A stretch of DNA of 64,000 bases. Origin: an uncultured Chthonomonadaceae bacterium. GTDB lineage: Bacteria; Armatimonadota; Chthonomonadetes; Chthonomonadales; Chthonomonadaceae. The notes under the pieces were generated by a model. It saw only the letters and a program-made list of their open reading frames with translations. It had not been told where the DNA came from and searched no databases. How positions within the stretch are numbered: the first letter of the stretch is position 1; each line of letters begins with the position of its first letter. Shown here piece after piece: positions 32,172-42,234 of the stretch. Both the position numbers and the translations under genes were made by a program. The stretch spans positions 1 through 64,000 of the forward strand of contig CAWIEK010000049.1 in assembly GCA_963835065.1 (NCBI GenBank). Reading direction: 5' to 3'.

Positions 32172-32975
32172 ATGGACACACTGACAGGCAAAGCGGCAAT
32201 TGTTACGGGATCGGGGGATGGCATAGGCCGGCGGATTGCGCTGGCGTTTGCGCAGGCGGGCGCGTCGGTTGTGGTGGTGGACATCAAGGGCGAAGGCATT
32301 GCGGAAACTCTGCGGCAGATCGAGGGGGCGGTGGGCGCGGGCAAGGCTGTTGGGCTGAACCGCGACATTGCCGATGTGAACAATATCGCCGGGATTGTCA
32401 GCGAGTGCGTGGAACACTTTGGCAGGCTGGATTGTATTGTCAATAACGCGGCGGATCAAACGCATAAACCACTTGCGGAAATGACGACGGAGATATTCGA
32501 CCACGTACAGGCCGTCAATGTCCGCGCGCCCCTCTTGTTTGCGCGGGAGGGATTGCCGTATCTCTTGAAGCAGGCTGGCAGCAGTATCGTCAACATTGCC
32601 AGTGTGCGCGGGCACGTTTCTATGCCGGGCGGACTGGCTTATGACACGTCCAAAGCCGCCCTGCTTGGCCTGACCCGAACCCTTGCAGTGGAGTTGGGAC
32701 TGCAAAACATCCGCGTCAACGCCATTTGTCCCGGCCATATCATGAGTTTTGGCGAAGAAGTATGGAAGCAGCAGACGCCGCCCAACGTACAGAAAGTGAT
32801 GCCGTTCCCCTACGCGCTCGGCAGGGTCGGCAAGCCGGAAGAAGTAGCGAATGTAGCGGTATTTCTCGCCTCTGACGCCGCTTCCTTCATCACCGGGCAG
32901 GCCATCAACGTAGACGGTGGCCTGACCATTATGAACGCAGAAACCGCTATGTTCCGCGCCGAGAAGATAATGTAA
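32172..32975 (+). CDS. Short-chain dehydrogenase/reductase
   Basis: TGSGDGIG, NNA, YDTSK. Confidence 0.9.
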   Translation: MDTLTGKAAIVTGSGDGIGRRIALAFAQAGASVVVVDIKGEGIAETLRQIEGAVGAGKAVGLNRDIADVNNIAGIVSECVEHFGRLDCIVNNAADQTHKPLAEMTTEIFDHVQAVNVRAPLLFAREGLPYLLKQAGSSIVNIASVRGHVSMPGGLAYDTSKAALLGLTRTLAVELGLQNIRVNAICPGHIMSFGEEVWKQQTPPNVQKVMPFPYALGRVGKPEEVANVAVFLASDAASFITGQAINVDGGLTIMNAETAMFRAEKIM

Positions 32976-33003
32976 GTTGATTTGATATTATAAGAACTAG
33001 CTC

Positions 33004-33483
33004 ATGGCAGAATACGATGGAATACTCCAGTTTCGCAGTGTGGGGATCAGAAGGCTTCGAGATGCGGAAGAACTTCTCCAGCCGCCTACCATTGATCCAT
33101 ACTCTAGTGATGCGAACACACGTCATTTACGTACCGCAGTTTATCTAGCTGGGTACAGCATTGAGTGTGTACTGAAAGAATACATCATTTCGCGTACACC
33201 TCCCGCAATGACGCTTGATGAAGCCTTGCGAATACGAGCGGAAAAGGGATTATCTGTAATCAGTGTGAACAGTGCAGAAGGCCATAATTTATCTGCTTTG
33301 TTAAAACTGACCGATTTGGAGGCAAGTATTTTCTCTGAGAAAAAAGTTACAACGAATTGGCATATCTGCTTGGGTTGGAGGTCAACTTGGAGGTACGATC
33401 CTGATCCGCCGACACGACAAAATGCTGAAGCGTTCGTTGAAGCAACTCGCAATGTTTATCAGTGGATTAAGAACCGCGTATAA
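33004..33483 (+). CDS. HEPN-like domain protein (AT-richer than flanks)
   Basis: AVYLAGYSIECVLK, GHNL, WRY and C-terminal AEAFVE..W helix pattern. Confidence 0.6.
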   Translation: MAEYDGILQFRSVGIRRLRDAEELLQPPTIDPYSSDANTRHLRTAVYLAGYSIECVLKEYIISRTPPAMTLDEALRIRAEKGLSVISVNSAEGHNLSALLKLTDLEASIFSEKKVTTNWHICLGWRSTWRYDPDPPTRQNAEAFVEATRNVYQWIKNRV

Positions 33484-33504
33484 GCCAACTTTCGGAGGCA
33501 AGCA

Positions 33505-33768
33505 ATGACAACAACGAATGTTGTAGATTTCGACGCAGTTGCGCTGCGCATTGAAAAAAAATTACGCGCCTTGTTTGGAGATAATACCGTTATTGATCTC
33601 ACCCCCGGATTTGAGGGCCGAGTGCGTGTGAAAGTAATTTCCCCGCGTTTGAACGGAATGCCAAAAGGCGAACAGGGTAATGTAATTTGGGAGGCAATCA
33701 ACGACGAGTTGGGTTCCTTCAAAGGAACTGTGTCCTATGTAGTAGCCTATGGCACAGACGAACTGTAG
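33505..33768 (+). CDS. Small BolA/KH-like or degenerate nucleotidyltransferase-like partner protein
   Basis: RVRVKVISPRLNGM..IWEAI; ggagg RBS. Confidence 0.5.
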   Translation: MTTTNVVDFDAVALRIEKKLRALFGDNTVIDLTPGFEGRVRVKVISPRLNGMPKGEQGNVIWEAINDELGSFKGTVSYVVAYGTDEL

Positions 33769-33771
33769 CCC

Positions 33772-33882
33772 ATGACAGAGACGGAAAAATGTTACACCGT
33801 TTGGGATGTGTTGAAGCGTGAGTTGAAAGAAGACGAAGAATTTGTTTCTTACGTCATTCCATATAGCACGGATGAACTATAG
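33772..33882 (+). pseudogene. 36-codon diverged duplicate of the C-terminal half of 33505-33768
   Basis: MTETEKCYTVWDVLKRELKEDEEFVSYVIPYSTDEL aligns without gaps to MPKGEQGNVIWEAINDELGSFKGTVSYVVAYGTDEL. Confidence 0.7.
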
Positions 33883-33898
33883 CAGCAGGGATGTTTTT

Positions 33899-35416
33899 AT
33901 GAGCAGGCTAGTTGGAATTGAAACGGAATATGGCATCGTGGTGGAGGGGCTGGGAGCCAACGACTGGATTGCGGAAAGCATTGCCGTCGTGCGCAGCCAC
34001 CCCGGCGCGGCAGTCGGCGGCTGGAACTATCGGGGCGAAGACCCGCGCCGGGATATGCGCGGCTTTACCGTGCAGCACCTGTCCACCAATCCCGATGACG
34101 CGCAGTTCGACGCGCCCAATGCCCGCCCGATGAGCCGCGAGGAAGAGCGCAGTGACCGCGTATTGGCGAATGGCGCGCGCTTTTACAACGATCACGGCCA
34201 CCCGGAATACGCCACGCCGGAATGTCGCCGCCTGCGCGATCTGGTGGCGCATGACAAAGCGGGCGAGCGCATCGTGTGGGCGGCGGCGCAAAAACGCGCG
34301 CATGAAAGTTCCCGCGCCGTCACCATGTACAAAAACAACACGGATTTTCACGGCGCGAGTTACGGAACGCACGAAGCCTACTTGATGCGCCGCGATGTGC
34401 CGACGGAAACGCTGATTGAATCGCTGCTGCCGTTTTTCGCCACGCGGCAAATTTATGCGGGAGCCGGCAAGTCGGGCGTGGAAAATGACAGCGCCAGTGA
34501 CGGCAAAATCTTTCAGCTTTCGCAGCGCGCGGATTATTTCAGCGTGGAAGCCAGCGTGGATACGCTGCACAACCGCCCTTTGGTGAACACGCGGGATGAG
34601 CCACACGCCACGCCGCGCATGTACCGGCGTTTGCATGTGATTTGCGGCGACGCCAACATGAGCGAGTACGCCACTGCCCTGAAAATCGGCGCGACAAGCC
34701 TTGTCTTGAAACTGTTGGAGGAGGGGCTGAACGCGCCCGTCAAATTGGTAGACCCCATCAAGGCTGTGAAGCAAATTTCGCGCGACATTACGCTGAAGCA
34801 GACGGTGGAAAGGGTAGGAGCGCCACCCCTGACGGCAGTGGAAGTACAGAGGATTTATCTGGAAGAAGCGAAAAAGCGTTTTGCGGGACAGGATGAAGAC
34901 ATGGACTGGACTCTGGCGGAATGGACGGCGACACTGGACGCGCTGGAAACCGACCCGCTCAGTTGCGCCGACCGTCTGGATTGGGCCGCCAAGTACAAGC
35001 TGCTGAACGCTTTTCGGGAGGAAGAAGGGCTGGCGTGGAACGATCCGTACATGCAGAGCCTCGACCTCGCGTACCATGACGTTGACCCCGAAGCCGGTTT
35101 GTACTACGGGTTGGAGCAGGCCGGTGAAATGCGGCGGCTGGTGACGGATGCGCGGATTGACGCGGCTATGTCGTGCGCCCCCGGCGATACGCGCGCTTTT
35201 ATTCGCGGCCTGTTCGCGGAGCGGTTCAGTCAAAGCGTCCGCAGCATCGGCTGGAACGGCGTCGCTTTCAAATATCAGGGCGAAGATATGCTCTTTGATA
35301 TGAACTCGCTCGTAGAACCGAATGTACAATTGCTTAACGACGAGTTCGCCAACGTGCAAACGCTGGACGAAGCCGTCGCCGTCATCCGCCGCAATCCGAA
35401 AGCCGAATGGGTGTGA
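33899..35416 (+). CDS. dop: Pup/UBact deamidase-depupylase Dop
   Basis: GIETEYG, Dop loop WNYRGEDPRRDMRGF, NGARFYNDHGHPEY, KNNTD, NTRDEPHA, RRLHVICGDAN. Confidence 0.92.
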   Translation: MSRLVGIETEYGIVVEGLGANDWIAESIAVVRSHPGAAVGGWNYRGEDPRRDMRGFTVQHLSTNPDDAQFDAPNARPMSREEERSDRVLANGARFYNDHGHPEYATPECRRLRDLVAHDKAGERIVWAAAQKRAHESSRAVTMYKNNTDFHGASYGTHEAYLMRRDVPTETLIESLLPFFATRQIYAGAGKSGVENDSASDGKIFQLSQRADYFSVEASVDTLHNRPLVNTRDEPHATPRMYRRLHVICGDANMSEYATALKIGATSLVLKLLEEGLNAPVKLVDPIKAVKQISRDITLKQTVERVGAPPLTAVEVQRIYLEEAKKRFAGQDEDMDWTLAEWTATLDALETDPLSCADRLDWAAKYKLLNAFREEEGLAWNDPYMQSLDLAYHDVDPEAGLYYGLEQAGEMRRLVTDARIDAAMSCAPGDTRAFIRGLFAERFSQSVRSIGWNGVAFKYQGEDMLFDMNSLVEPNVQLLNDEFANVQTLDEAVAVIRRNPKAEWV

Positions 35417-35589
35417 GGCTATACCGTTTTCTTCCCCTGCTCACAAGGGCAGGTTGACGCTGTAGGAAAAACGGAATACACTGTTGAACAGTAGATACCA
35501 TTTACCATGTACGCTGACCCTCCTCGCCCCTCTTGTCCCTCTGCTGATGGACAGACAGATGCAAGGAAATTCATTAAGGAGCTACGACC

Positions 35590-35778
35590 ATGATATTCAC
35601 CGGAGAAGAGCGACGCCAGATGCCCACCGCGCCCGTTGACCCCCTGCGCAAAGAGGGAGACGGCGGCGGGCCGGGCAAACCCGATGTGAAGCGGCCCGAT
35701 ACGAGCGACCTGCTGAAGCGCATGAAGCGCGTAGACCCCGACGCCGCCCGCCGCTATCGTCAGCGCAGCGGACAGTGA
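35590..35778 (+). CDS. ubact: UBact prokaryotic ubiquitin-like protein
   Basis: 62 aa, DLLKRMKRVDPDAARRYRQRSGQ (R[S/T]G[E/Q] end); lies between dop and prcB; taaggag RBS. Confidence 0.9.
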   Translation: MIFTGEERRQMPTAPVDPLRKEGDGGGPGKPDVKRPDTSDLLKRMKRVDPDAARRYRQRSGQ

Positions 35779-35922
35779 AGGCAAGGTTTCAGGTTTCAGG
35801 TTTCAGGTATTCAGGAAATGCAGTGTCTATTCCTACATTTGATCAGAAACACAAGGGTGTGAACAGCGTATTCCCTTACCCCTGAAACCTGAAACCTGAA
35901 ACCTTCCTCTATGGAGTGAGCA

Positions 35923-36774
35923 ATGCAATTGACAGGAGATTTGTGGCGCGTTCTGGAGCAGAGCGGCCATCCGATTACGCGCCCGATGCAGGGGCAGGTT
36001 CCCCTCGGAACGATCTTCCCGGCGCGGCCTTATGACAGCCCGGCAGGGCAGGGCATAGGGCAGGGTACGGGCGTGGTGGATACGCACGGCACAACGGTGA
36101 TTGCCGTGAAGTTCGACAAGGGCGTGATTAATGTGGGCGACAGGCGGGCAACCGCCAATTTCGCCATCATGTACGATCAGGCCGAAAAAGTGCTGCCGAT
36201 TGACGATTATACCCTGCTGGCGATTTCCGGCTCGTTTGCGCGGGCAATGGAAGTGGTACGTTATTTGCGCACGAGCTTCAAGCTGTTCGAGCGCACGTAT
36301 TTGCAGCAGATGAGTCTGGATGGCAAATTGGCGGAACTGGCGAAAGTGGTGCGGGCGGGTATTCCCGACGCGCTGCAAGGCATCGGCGGCTTTATCCCGA
36401 TCTTAACCACGTTCGATCAGGAAAGCAGTCAGGGGCGTATTTTCTTTTACGACGGCATGGGCGCGCGATTTGAAAGCACGGAGTTCGGCGCGGCGGGCAG
36501 TGGCTCCACGCAGATACGCGGCGTGTTCGATTACATCGTGAAAACCAAAAAGCCGTTTCACGACATGAACCGCGAAGAAGCCCTGAAGGAAGCGCTGTAC
36601 CTGCTCGACATTGCCGCCGATCTGGACGCCGCAACGGGCGGCTGGTCGAAAGTGCTGCCGCTTGCCAAAACCATTACGGCGGAAGGCATCGAAGACGTGA
36701 GCGAAGAGGAGTTGCGGGCAGTCGTGGCCGAGATAGACCGCGCGGGCGGCGAACGGATTGCGCCGAGGCCGTAA
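35923..36774 (+). CDS. prcB: 20S proteasome beta subunit with propeptide
   Basis: HG/TTVIAV catalytic Thr, GDRRAT, AGSGS, DAATGG. Confidence 0.92.
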   Translation: MQLTGDLWRVLEQSGHPITRPMQGQVPLGTIFPARPYDSPAGQGIGQGTGVVDTHGTTVIAVKFDKGVINVGDRRATANFAIMYDQAEKVLPIDDYTLLAISGSFARAMEVVRYLRTSFKLFERTYLQQMSLDGKLAELAKVVRAGIPDALQGIGGFIPILTTFDQESSQGRIFFYDGMGARFESTEFGAAGSGSTQIRGVFDYIVKTKKPFHDMNREEALKEALYLLDIAADLDAATGGWSKVLPLAKTITAEGIEDVSEEELRAVVAEIDRAGGERIAPRP

Positions 36775-36953
36775 GTAAATCAGTGTTCAGGTGTTCGGTA
36801 TTCAGGTATTCGGACACTCTCAGCTATAAACGAAAAATATGAGAGTGAAGTGAACTTTCCGGTTTGCGTAAGTAACTAAACGGATAACACCGCGCTTGTT
36901 TCGCATACAGCGCATGATATTTACTTGGAACTTGTGTGAACAGGAGAAAACCG

Positions 36954-37671
36954 ATGCAAACCCAGATACCGCTGCTGCAAAATGTTCGCGTCGCCAGCCC
37001 GTGTGACGCCTCGTGGGAAGGCATGGAGGCCGTTGATGGCGAGCGCGTGAAGTTTTGCCTGCACTGCGCCAAAAACGTGTACAACCTGTCGGAAATGACG
37101 CAGGGGGAAGCGGAAGGTCTGCTGCGCAAGCATGAGGGCAAGCTGTGCGTTCGCTACTATCAACGCCGGGATGGAACCGTACTGACTCGGGATTGTCCCA
37201 TAGGCGCGCAGGCGGTTCGCATGGCCCTTATTCGCCGCAGTACGGTAGCGGCAAGTTTGTTCGCTATGCTGTTCGGCGCAATGGCGGCAGTGACGTTGAG
37301 TGAAGTCCCGTTTGCAGGGCAGGGTAGTGTCAGCACCAACGCCCGTTCCGGTTGTCGGTGACGTATCGGTCACGCCGCTAGTGCCGACGCCAGAAGTTGT
37401 GCCGGAACCACATATAATGATGCAGGGAGTCTTCGCGCCAATACACACAATGGGTAAACCGGTTTTGTCTCCGCCGCCTCCGGCGCATGTCGAAATGGGC
37501 AAGATGAAAAAGCCCGCGTCACCGAAGCATTGGGCCACAGGCCAGATTTCGAGGCCGGAACAGAATGTAGAGCCTGCTCCGCCTTTCCCGGACAAACCAT
37601 ACGATCTTAACGATGCGTCGGCAAAGGATAATACCGATGAGGCTATCCTGAAGCCACGCACGGAAGAGTAA
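36954..37671 (+). CDS. Cys-rich membrane-anchored hypothetical protein (frameshift ~37320)
   Basis: ASPCDASWEGM..FCLHCAKNVYNLSEMT..LCVRYYQRRDG..DC, TM helix, Pro-rich tail. Confidence 0.65.
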
Positions 37672-37780
37672 GCATCAAGCATTGAGCATTGAGTATTAAG
37701 TACAAAGCGTTGAGCATTGAGCGTTAAGACTATTTCTTGACGCTCAAAGCTCAACGCTCAACACTTCCAGGAACTTACGA

Positions 37781-38578
37781 ATGTACACACCATTTGACAT
37801 CAATGAAGCCATCGGGCATCGCAAGGATTACGTAGAAGAGCGGCTGCGGGCGGGCAGTCCCATTGTCGGGATGCGCTACGATAACGGATTGCTGCTGCTG
37901 ACCGTGCGGCGGACGCAGCGCAAAGTGTTCGAGATTTACGACCGCCAGATGTTTTCAGGCATCGGCAAGCAGTCGGACATTGAAAATGTGCGGCTGGCGT
38001 CCATTCAGAACACGCACCAAGAGGGTTTTGAGCGCAGCCCGGACGATGTTTCCATACAGCGGCTTGTCGGCTTCGCTCTCAGCCCCTCGCTGAAAAAAGC
38101 GTTCGGCGATCCGATGTACGAGCCGGTTGTCATTCGCGCTCTGTTTGCGGAAATCGGACGGACGCCGGAAAAAGACACGTTCTTCGCGCTGAATTATGAT
38201 GGCGAGTTCCAGTCGTATCATGAAGCGGCGGTTGTGGCGGGAACGCAGACGGCTGAAGACGCGATGCTGGAACGGATTGGCGAGAATACAGGCAGTTTAT
38301 CGCGGGACGAGGCGCTGCGCCGCGCATTATCGGCATGGGCGATTGGAGCGCGGGAGTCGCTGCGTCGTCAAATCGGCAGCGGCAAAGAGGACGAGGAAGA
38401 CAGTTACAATCCCCTGCGCGAACTGGACGAAGCCGAAGTGGAAAGCGTGTTCCTGCGCGACGAGCTGAAAAACGGAACCGTGGAAGTCGGCCTGCTGGAG
38501 CGCCGAACCAACCGCGAAGGCCGTTTCCGCCTGCTGTCCGGCAGCGATGTGGATTTGCTGACGCGGGAATATAGGTAG
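37781..38578 (+). CDS. prcA: 20S proteasome alpha subunit
   Basis: RKVFEIYDR, GKQSDIENVR, YDGE, VEVGLLER. Confidence 0.9.
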   Translation: MYTPFDINEAIGHRKDYVEERLRAGSPIVGMRYDNGLLLLTVRRTQRKVFEIYDRQMFSGIGKQSDIENVRLASIQNTHQEGFERSPDDVSIQRLVGFALSPSLKKAFGDPMYEPVVIRALFAEIGRTPEKDTFFALNYDGEFQSYHEAAVVAGTQTAEDAMLERIGENTGSLSRDEALRRALSAWAIGARESLRRQIGSGKEDEEDSYNPLRELDEAEVESVFLRDELKNGTVEVGLLERRTNREGRFRLLSGSDVDLLTREYR

Positions 38579-38691
38579 GAGGGAAGAGATATAAGATATA
38601 AGTAAAAGCCCCGGTTTGCTCAACCTTCTCGCCAGTAGTAAGAGACTGAGGGCAGCAGACACTAATATCTTATATCTTATATCTTATATCC

Positions 38692-39708
38692 TTACTTCCG
38701 CCTGCGACCAGACAACCAGCCGGCTCCGAGGAGCAGGGTCATGGCGAAGGCCAGGGTTCCGGGTTCCGGCGTGAGGGCAATTCCGGGCGGAGGCGACTGA
38801 GGAGTGATGGGAACCCCGGGAGTGCCTGGGGTTCCCGGCGTTTGGGGGGTTAAGGGAGTTACCGTGTTGATAGGCGCGGCAGCATTCAGGACGGGAACCG
38901 GGCCGGAACCGCCGCCGAAATGCACAAACGGCAGCAGCGCCAGAGGAGACAAGCCTGCCAGCCCGCTCAAACCCGAAGCGCCATGAACCCACTGATAGGG
39001 CGGCACCAGGGACTCGGTTTTGGCTTGGGCTGGTGTCAGAGAGGGCGGAACCAGAGGCAGTTCCGTGGGCGCCAGCACATTTTCCGCCAGTACAACGGAA
39101 ATGACCGGGAGGGGAACGGACGGCGGCACAAAACCGCGATCCGGCGGCACGTTCCCGGTGAAGGAACTGCCTGGAAGCGGCTGCAGCAGCGATTCTCCGG
39201 GCGTGAAGTCAGGAACCGGAATGGCGGTGTACAATTCAGGCGAGACGCGCGAACGAATGGGATTGCCGCACACGCGGATAAGCAGGGGCGTACCGTCGGG
39301 CAGGCAGTAAACATACGTTCCCCGTTTCACGCGGCGGGGCTTGTAGACCAGTTTTTCGCCGGTGTTTTCTTTTGTGGAGACGTAGTGAACCTGCAGGACA
39401 TGATCTTCGGTCAAGGGTTTCAGGCGCAATTGCGAAAAAGCCACAGGAACCATCTTGACAGGAAGGTGAAAGAGGCGCGCGTAGCGAACTGCTACTGTTG
39501 GGTCGGACTTCACCTGCTGCACAAGCGACGTGACACCCGGCGAGGGCTGGCGCAAAAACGCTCCCTGCGGCATGTGAGCGGAAGCCTGGGTGTGAGAGCT
39601 GGACTGCGCGACGGCCGGATGGCCGCAAATGCCGAGACACGCCACGACAAGGCTCAAAGTGGAGCCATAGCGAAGCAGGCGTATGAGAAGGGTAGTTTCG
39701 CCTATCAA
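38692..39708 (-). CDS. PEP-CTERM surface protein
   Basis: Signal peptide, RVCGNP domain, Pro/Thr linker, TPEPGT + TM + RRRK; start uncertain (TTG chosen). Confidence 0.8.
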   Translation of the reverse strand: MIGETTLLIRLLRYGSTLSLVVACLGICGHPAVAQSSSHTQASAHMPQGAFLRQPSPGVTSLVQQVKSDPTVAVRYARLFHLPVKMVPVAFSQLRLKPLTEDHVLQVHYVSTKENTGEKLVYKPRRVKRGTYVYCLPDGTPLLIRVCGNPIRSRVSPELYTAIPVPDFTPGESLLQPLPGSSFTGNVPPDRGFVPPSVPLPVISVVLAENVLAPTELPLVPPSLTPAQAKTESLVPPYQWVHGASGLSGLAGLSPLALLPFVHFGGGSGPVPVLNAAAPINTVTPLTPQTPGTPGTPGVPITPQSPPPGIALTPEPGTLAFAMTLLLGAGWLSGRRRK

Positions 39709-40043
39709 TGGATCATTCCTTATAAACTTCGTACTGCAAAGTGATGTGTTCAGGCTGACAGCCATCCAGGCATACTGCAAAGAAAAGATGGGCAGCCTGT
39801 ACAAACAGAGGAGCGCAGGCATTTCGTCTGTACAGTTAAAGAGTATACAGGCAAAATGTTCGATTCAAACATGCAAATAATGCGCAAACCGGGATTGCAG
39901 AGAAAAACCAGTAGTTATTCGTAAGGAACAGTGTCACTGTCGTCCCAAACGATAGTGGAGCCAACAACAAACCAAAGCAATGATATAACATTAAACCCTA
40001 TTTGCGGCGAGATTCGAACATCGCCAGTCCTGCAACGGATATT

Positions 40044-40063
40044 TTTTCAAAATATTTTGAAAA
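40044..40063. promoter_or_regulatory. Perfect 20-bp palindrome upstream of pafA
   Basis: ttttcaaaat|attttgaaaa. Confidence 0.5.
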
Positions 40064-40103
40064 TACCCTAAAGATTTTGAATTTTTGGACGAAGGAAGCA
40101 GAA

Positions 40104-41576
40104 ATGGACAGACGTATCTTCGGGATAGAAACGGAATTCGGGTGCATGGTGCGCGACCCCTCTGTGGGCACGGCGGAAGAAGTCGTCGAGCAGGTGAAGG
40201 ATCACGCCTTTTATGAGCGGAAGTTGGGCGTGATTGATCTCCATGCGCGCGATTATGCTTTTGAGCCGGCGCGGGCGGGCGGGTTTTTGAAAAACGGCGG
40301 CAGGCTGTACATAGATGCGGTCGGCAGCCATGAAGAGTACGCCACTGCGGAGTGTTGTGACTTGCTCGATCTGGTACGCCATGACCGGGCGGGGCGCGCG
40401 TTGCTGGCGCAACTGGTTGCCGAACTGGGGTTGGAAGAGGCCGTCAGTTTTCACAACAACAGCATTGACCACTTCGGCGGGCATACGTTCGGCTGCCATG
40501 AGAACTACCTCGTCCAAATTGAGGATCGGTTTTTCACGGACGCGCTTTCCTATCTGCTGCCGTTTTTGGTGACGCGGCAGATATTCGCGGGCATCGGGCG
40601 CGTGGGCGGGCATCGCCTGACCCGGCCTTCCAGCAAAAACAACATTATGACGCTGGGCGAACATGAGGTGGATTATGTATGGGTGTCGAACTTCTACGGC
40701 GTGGAAATTGATCCAAGCGTAGATTTTCAACTCAGCCAGCGCGCCGACCATATCGTAAAAACAATCAGTTCGCGGGTACGCTTCAACCGGGCGATTATCA
40801 ACCCCAAGTGGGACAGCTATTACTCGTACAGCAACCTGCACCGCCTGCATATCCTGTTCGGTGAAAGCAACATGAGCGAGTTTGCCTGCCTGCTGAAAGT
40901 GGGCACGACAAGCCTGGTGCTGGACTTGATCGAAGAGGGCGCGGTTCCCCCTGATGTGGAAGTGGCCGACCCCTTGGAAACGCTGCGCTCGGTTTCGCGC
41001 GACCAGACAATGAAGTGGCCGGTGAAGATGCGCAACGGCAAAACGATTTCGGCCATAGATTTGCAGCGCCGCTATCTGGATGCGGCCAAACGGTATCTGC
41101 ACCGCCGCGACCCGCAAACCGATATGGTATTGACCGAGTGGGAAACCATTCTCAATGATCTGGAGCGCGACCCGCTTTCCACGGCAGACCGCCTGGACTG
41201 GTCCGCCAAGAAAACGCTGTACCAACAATATATTGACGAGACCGGCGGCAGGTGGCAGGACGATGTGATGCAGTCGCTGGATTTGGAGTACCATAACATC
41301 AATCCGAACGAGGGGCTGTTTTATGGCCTGGAGCAGTCGGGAGCCATGCGCCGCGTCGTGACAGACGAGCAGGTGGAAGAAGCGATCACCACGCCACCCG
41401 AAAACACGCGCGCGTTAGGACGCGGCCAAATCGTAGCGCAATTAATCAACAAGCCCGGTACGCGCTACGTCATAGATTGGGATGCGGTATACATCGAGCG
41501 CAACCGCCAGCTTGACCTGAAAAATCCGTTCCACACCTACGAGAAAGAGGCCGTCCGCTTCCTTCGCGGCGTGTAA
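40104..41576 (+). CDS. pafA: Pup/UBact-protein ligase PafA
   Basis: RRIFGIETEFG, NGGRLYIDAVGSHEEYATAEC, GCHENYL, SQRADHI, RLHILFGESNM; no Dop loop. Confidence 0.9.
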   Translation: MDRRIFGIETEFGCMVRDPSVGTAEEVVEQVKDHAFYERKLGVIDLHARDYAFEPARAGGFLKNGGRLYIDAVGSHEEYATAECCDLLDLVRHDRAGRALLAQLVAELGLEEAVSFHNNSIDHFGGHTFGCHENYLVQIEDRFFTDALSYLLPFLVTRQIFAGIGRVGGHRLTRPSSKNNIMTLGEHEVDYVWVSNFYGVEIDPSVDFQLSQRADHIVKTISSRVRFNRAIINPKWDSYYSYSNLHRLHILFGESNMSEFACLLKVGTTSLVLDLIEEGAVPPDVEVADPLETLRSVSRDQTMKWPVKMRNGKTISAIDLQRRYLDAAKRYLHRRDPQTDMVLTEWETILNDLERDPLSTADRLDWSAKKTLYQQYIDETGGRWQDDVMQSLDLEYHNINPNEGLFYGLEQSGAMRRVVTDEQVEEAITTPPENTRALGRGQIVAQLINKPGTRYVIDWDAVYIERNRQLDLKNPFHTYEKEAVRFLRGV

Positions 41577-41652
41577 AATTTCTTTACCTAGAATAAGGTT
41601 AGAATGAAATTCATGGATGAGAAGTCCGAAACCTGAAACTTGCGCGGGACGT

Positions 41653-42234
41653 ATGGAAAAGGATAAAGAAGCCTCTCATGGCGATTCGATAAATGCGAAT
41701 AGCACGGCGCGTTGCCATCGGGCTTACCTGGGGTTGGGTTCCAGTTTGGGCAATCGGCGCGAGCATTTGCAGGTTGCCCTTGATGGATTGACGGATCGGG
41801 AAGGAACCGTTCGCGCTGTGGTAGTGTCGCCGGTTTACGAGTCGCCGCATTTGGGATTACAGCCGGGAGATGAACAGCGCTACCCGGCGCATTTGAACTG
41901 CGTTGTGGCTGTGGAAACCACGTTGACGCCCGCCGCGCTGCTGCAATGGGTGCAGGAAATCGAAGCGCGGGGGCATCGGCAGCGAACGGAGCGCTGGGGG
42001 CCGCGCACCATTGACATTGATTTGCTGCTGTATGACGACCTGGTAATGCAAACGGATGAACTGACGATCCCGCATCCCGGCGTGAAGCAACGGGCGTTCG
42101 CGCTGAAGCCGTTGTTTGATCTGGTTCCCGATTTTGTATTCCCGGACGGACAACCGTTGCGGGAACTGCTTGCCTCTGAAACCATCTGTGCGCAGCCCAT
42201 AGAGCGAGTGCCCATCCATGAACTTTTTATATGA
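41653..42234 (+). CDS. folK: 2-amino-4-hydroxy-6-hydroxymethyldihydropteridine diphosphokinase
   Basis: YLGLGSSLG, WGPRTIDIDLL, LTIPHP. Confidence 0.92.
   Translation: MEKDKEASHGDSINANSTARCHRAYLGLGSSLGNRREHLQVALDGLTDREGTVRAVVVSPVYESPHLGLQPGDEQRYPAHLNCVVAVETTLTPAALLQWVQEIEARGHRQRTERWGPRTIDIDLLLYDDLVMQTDELTIPHPGVKQRAFALKPLFDLVPDFVFPDGQPLRELLASETICAQPIERVPIHELFI

Noticed and set aside
35590..35778. Calling the modifier Pup
   Set aside because: It ends RSGQ, not GGQ/GGE, and has the UBact-type MKRVDP..RYRQR segment
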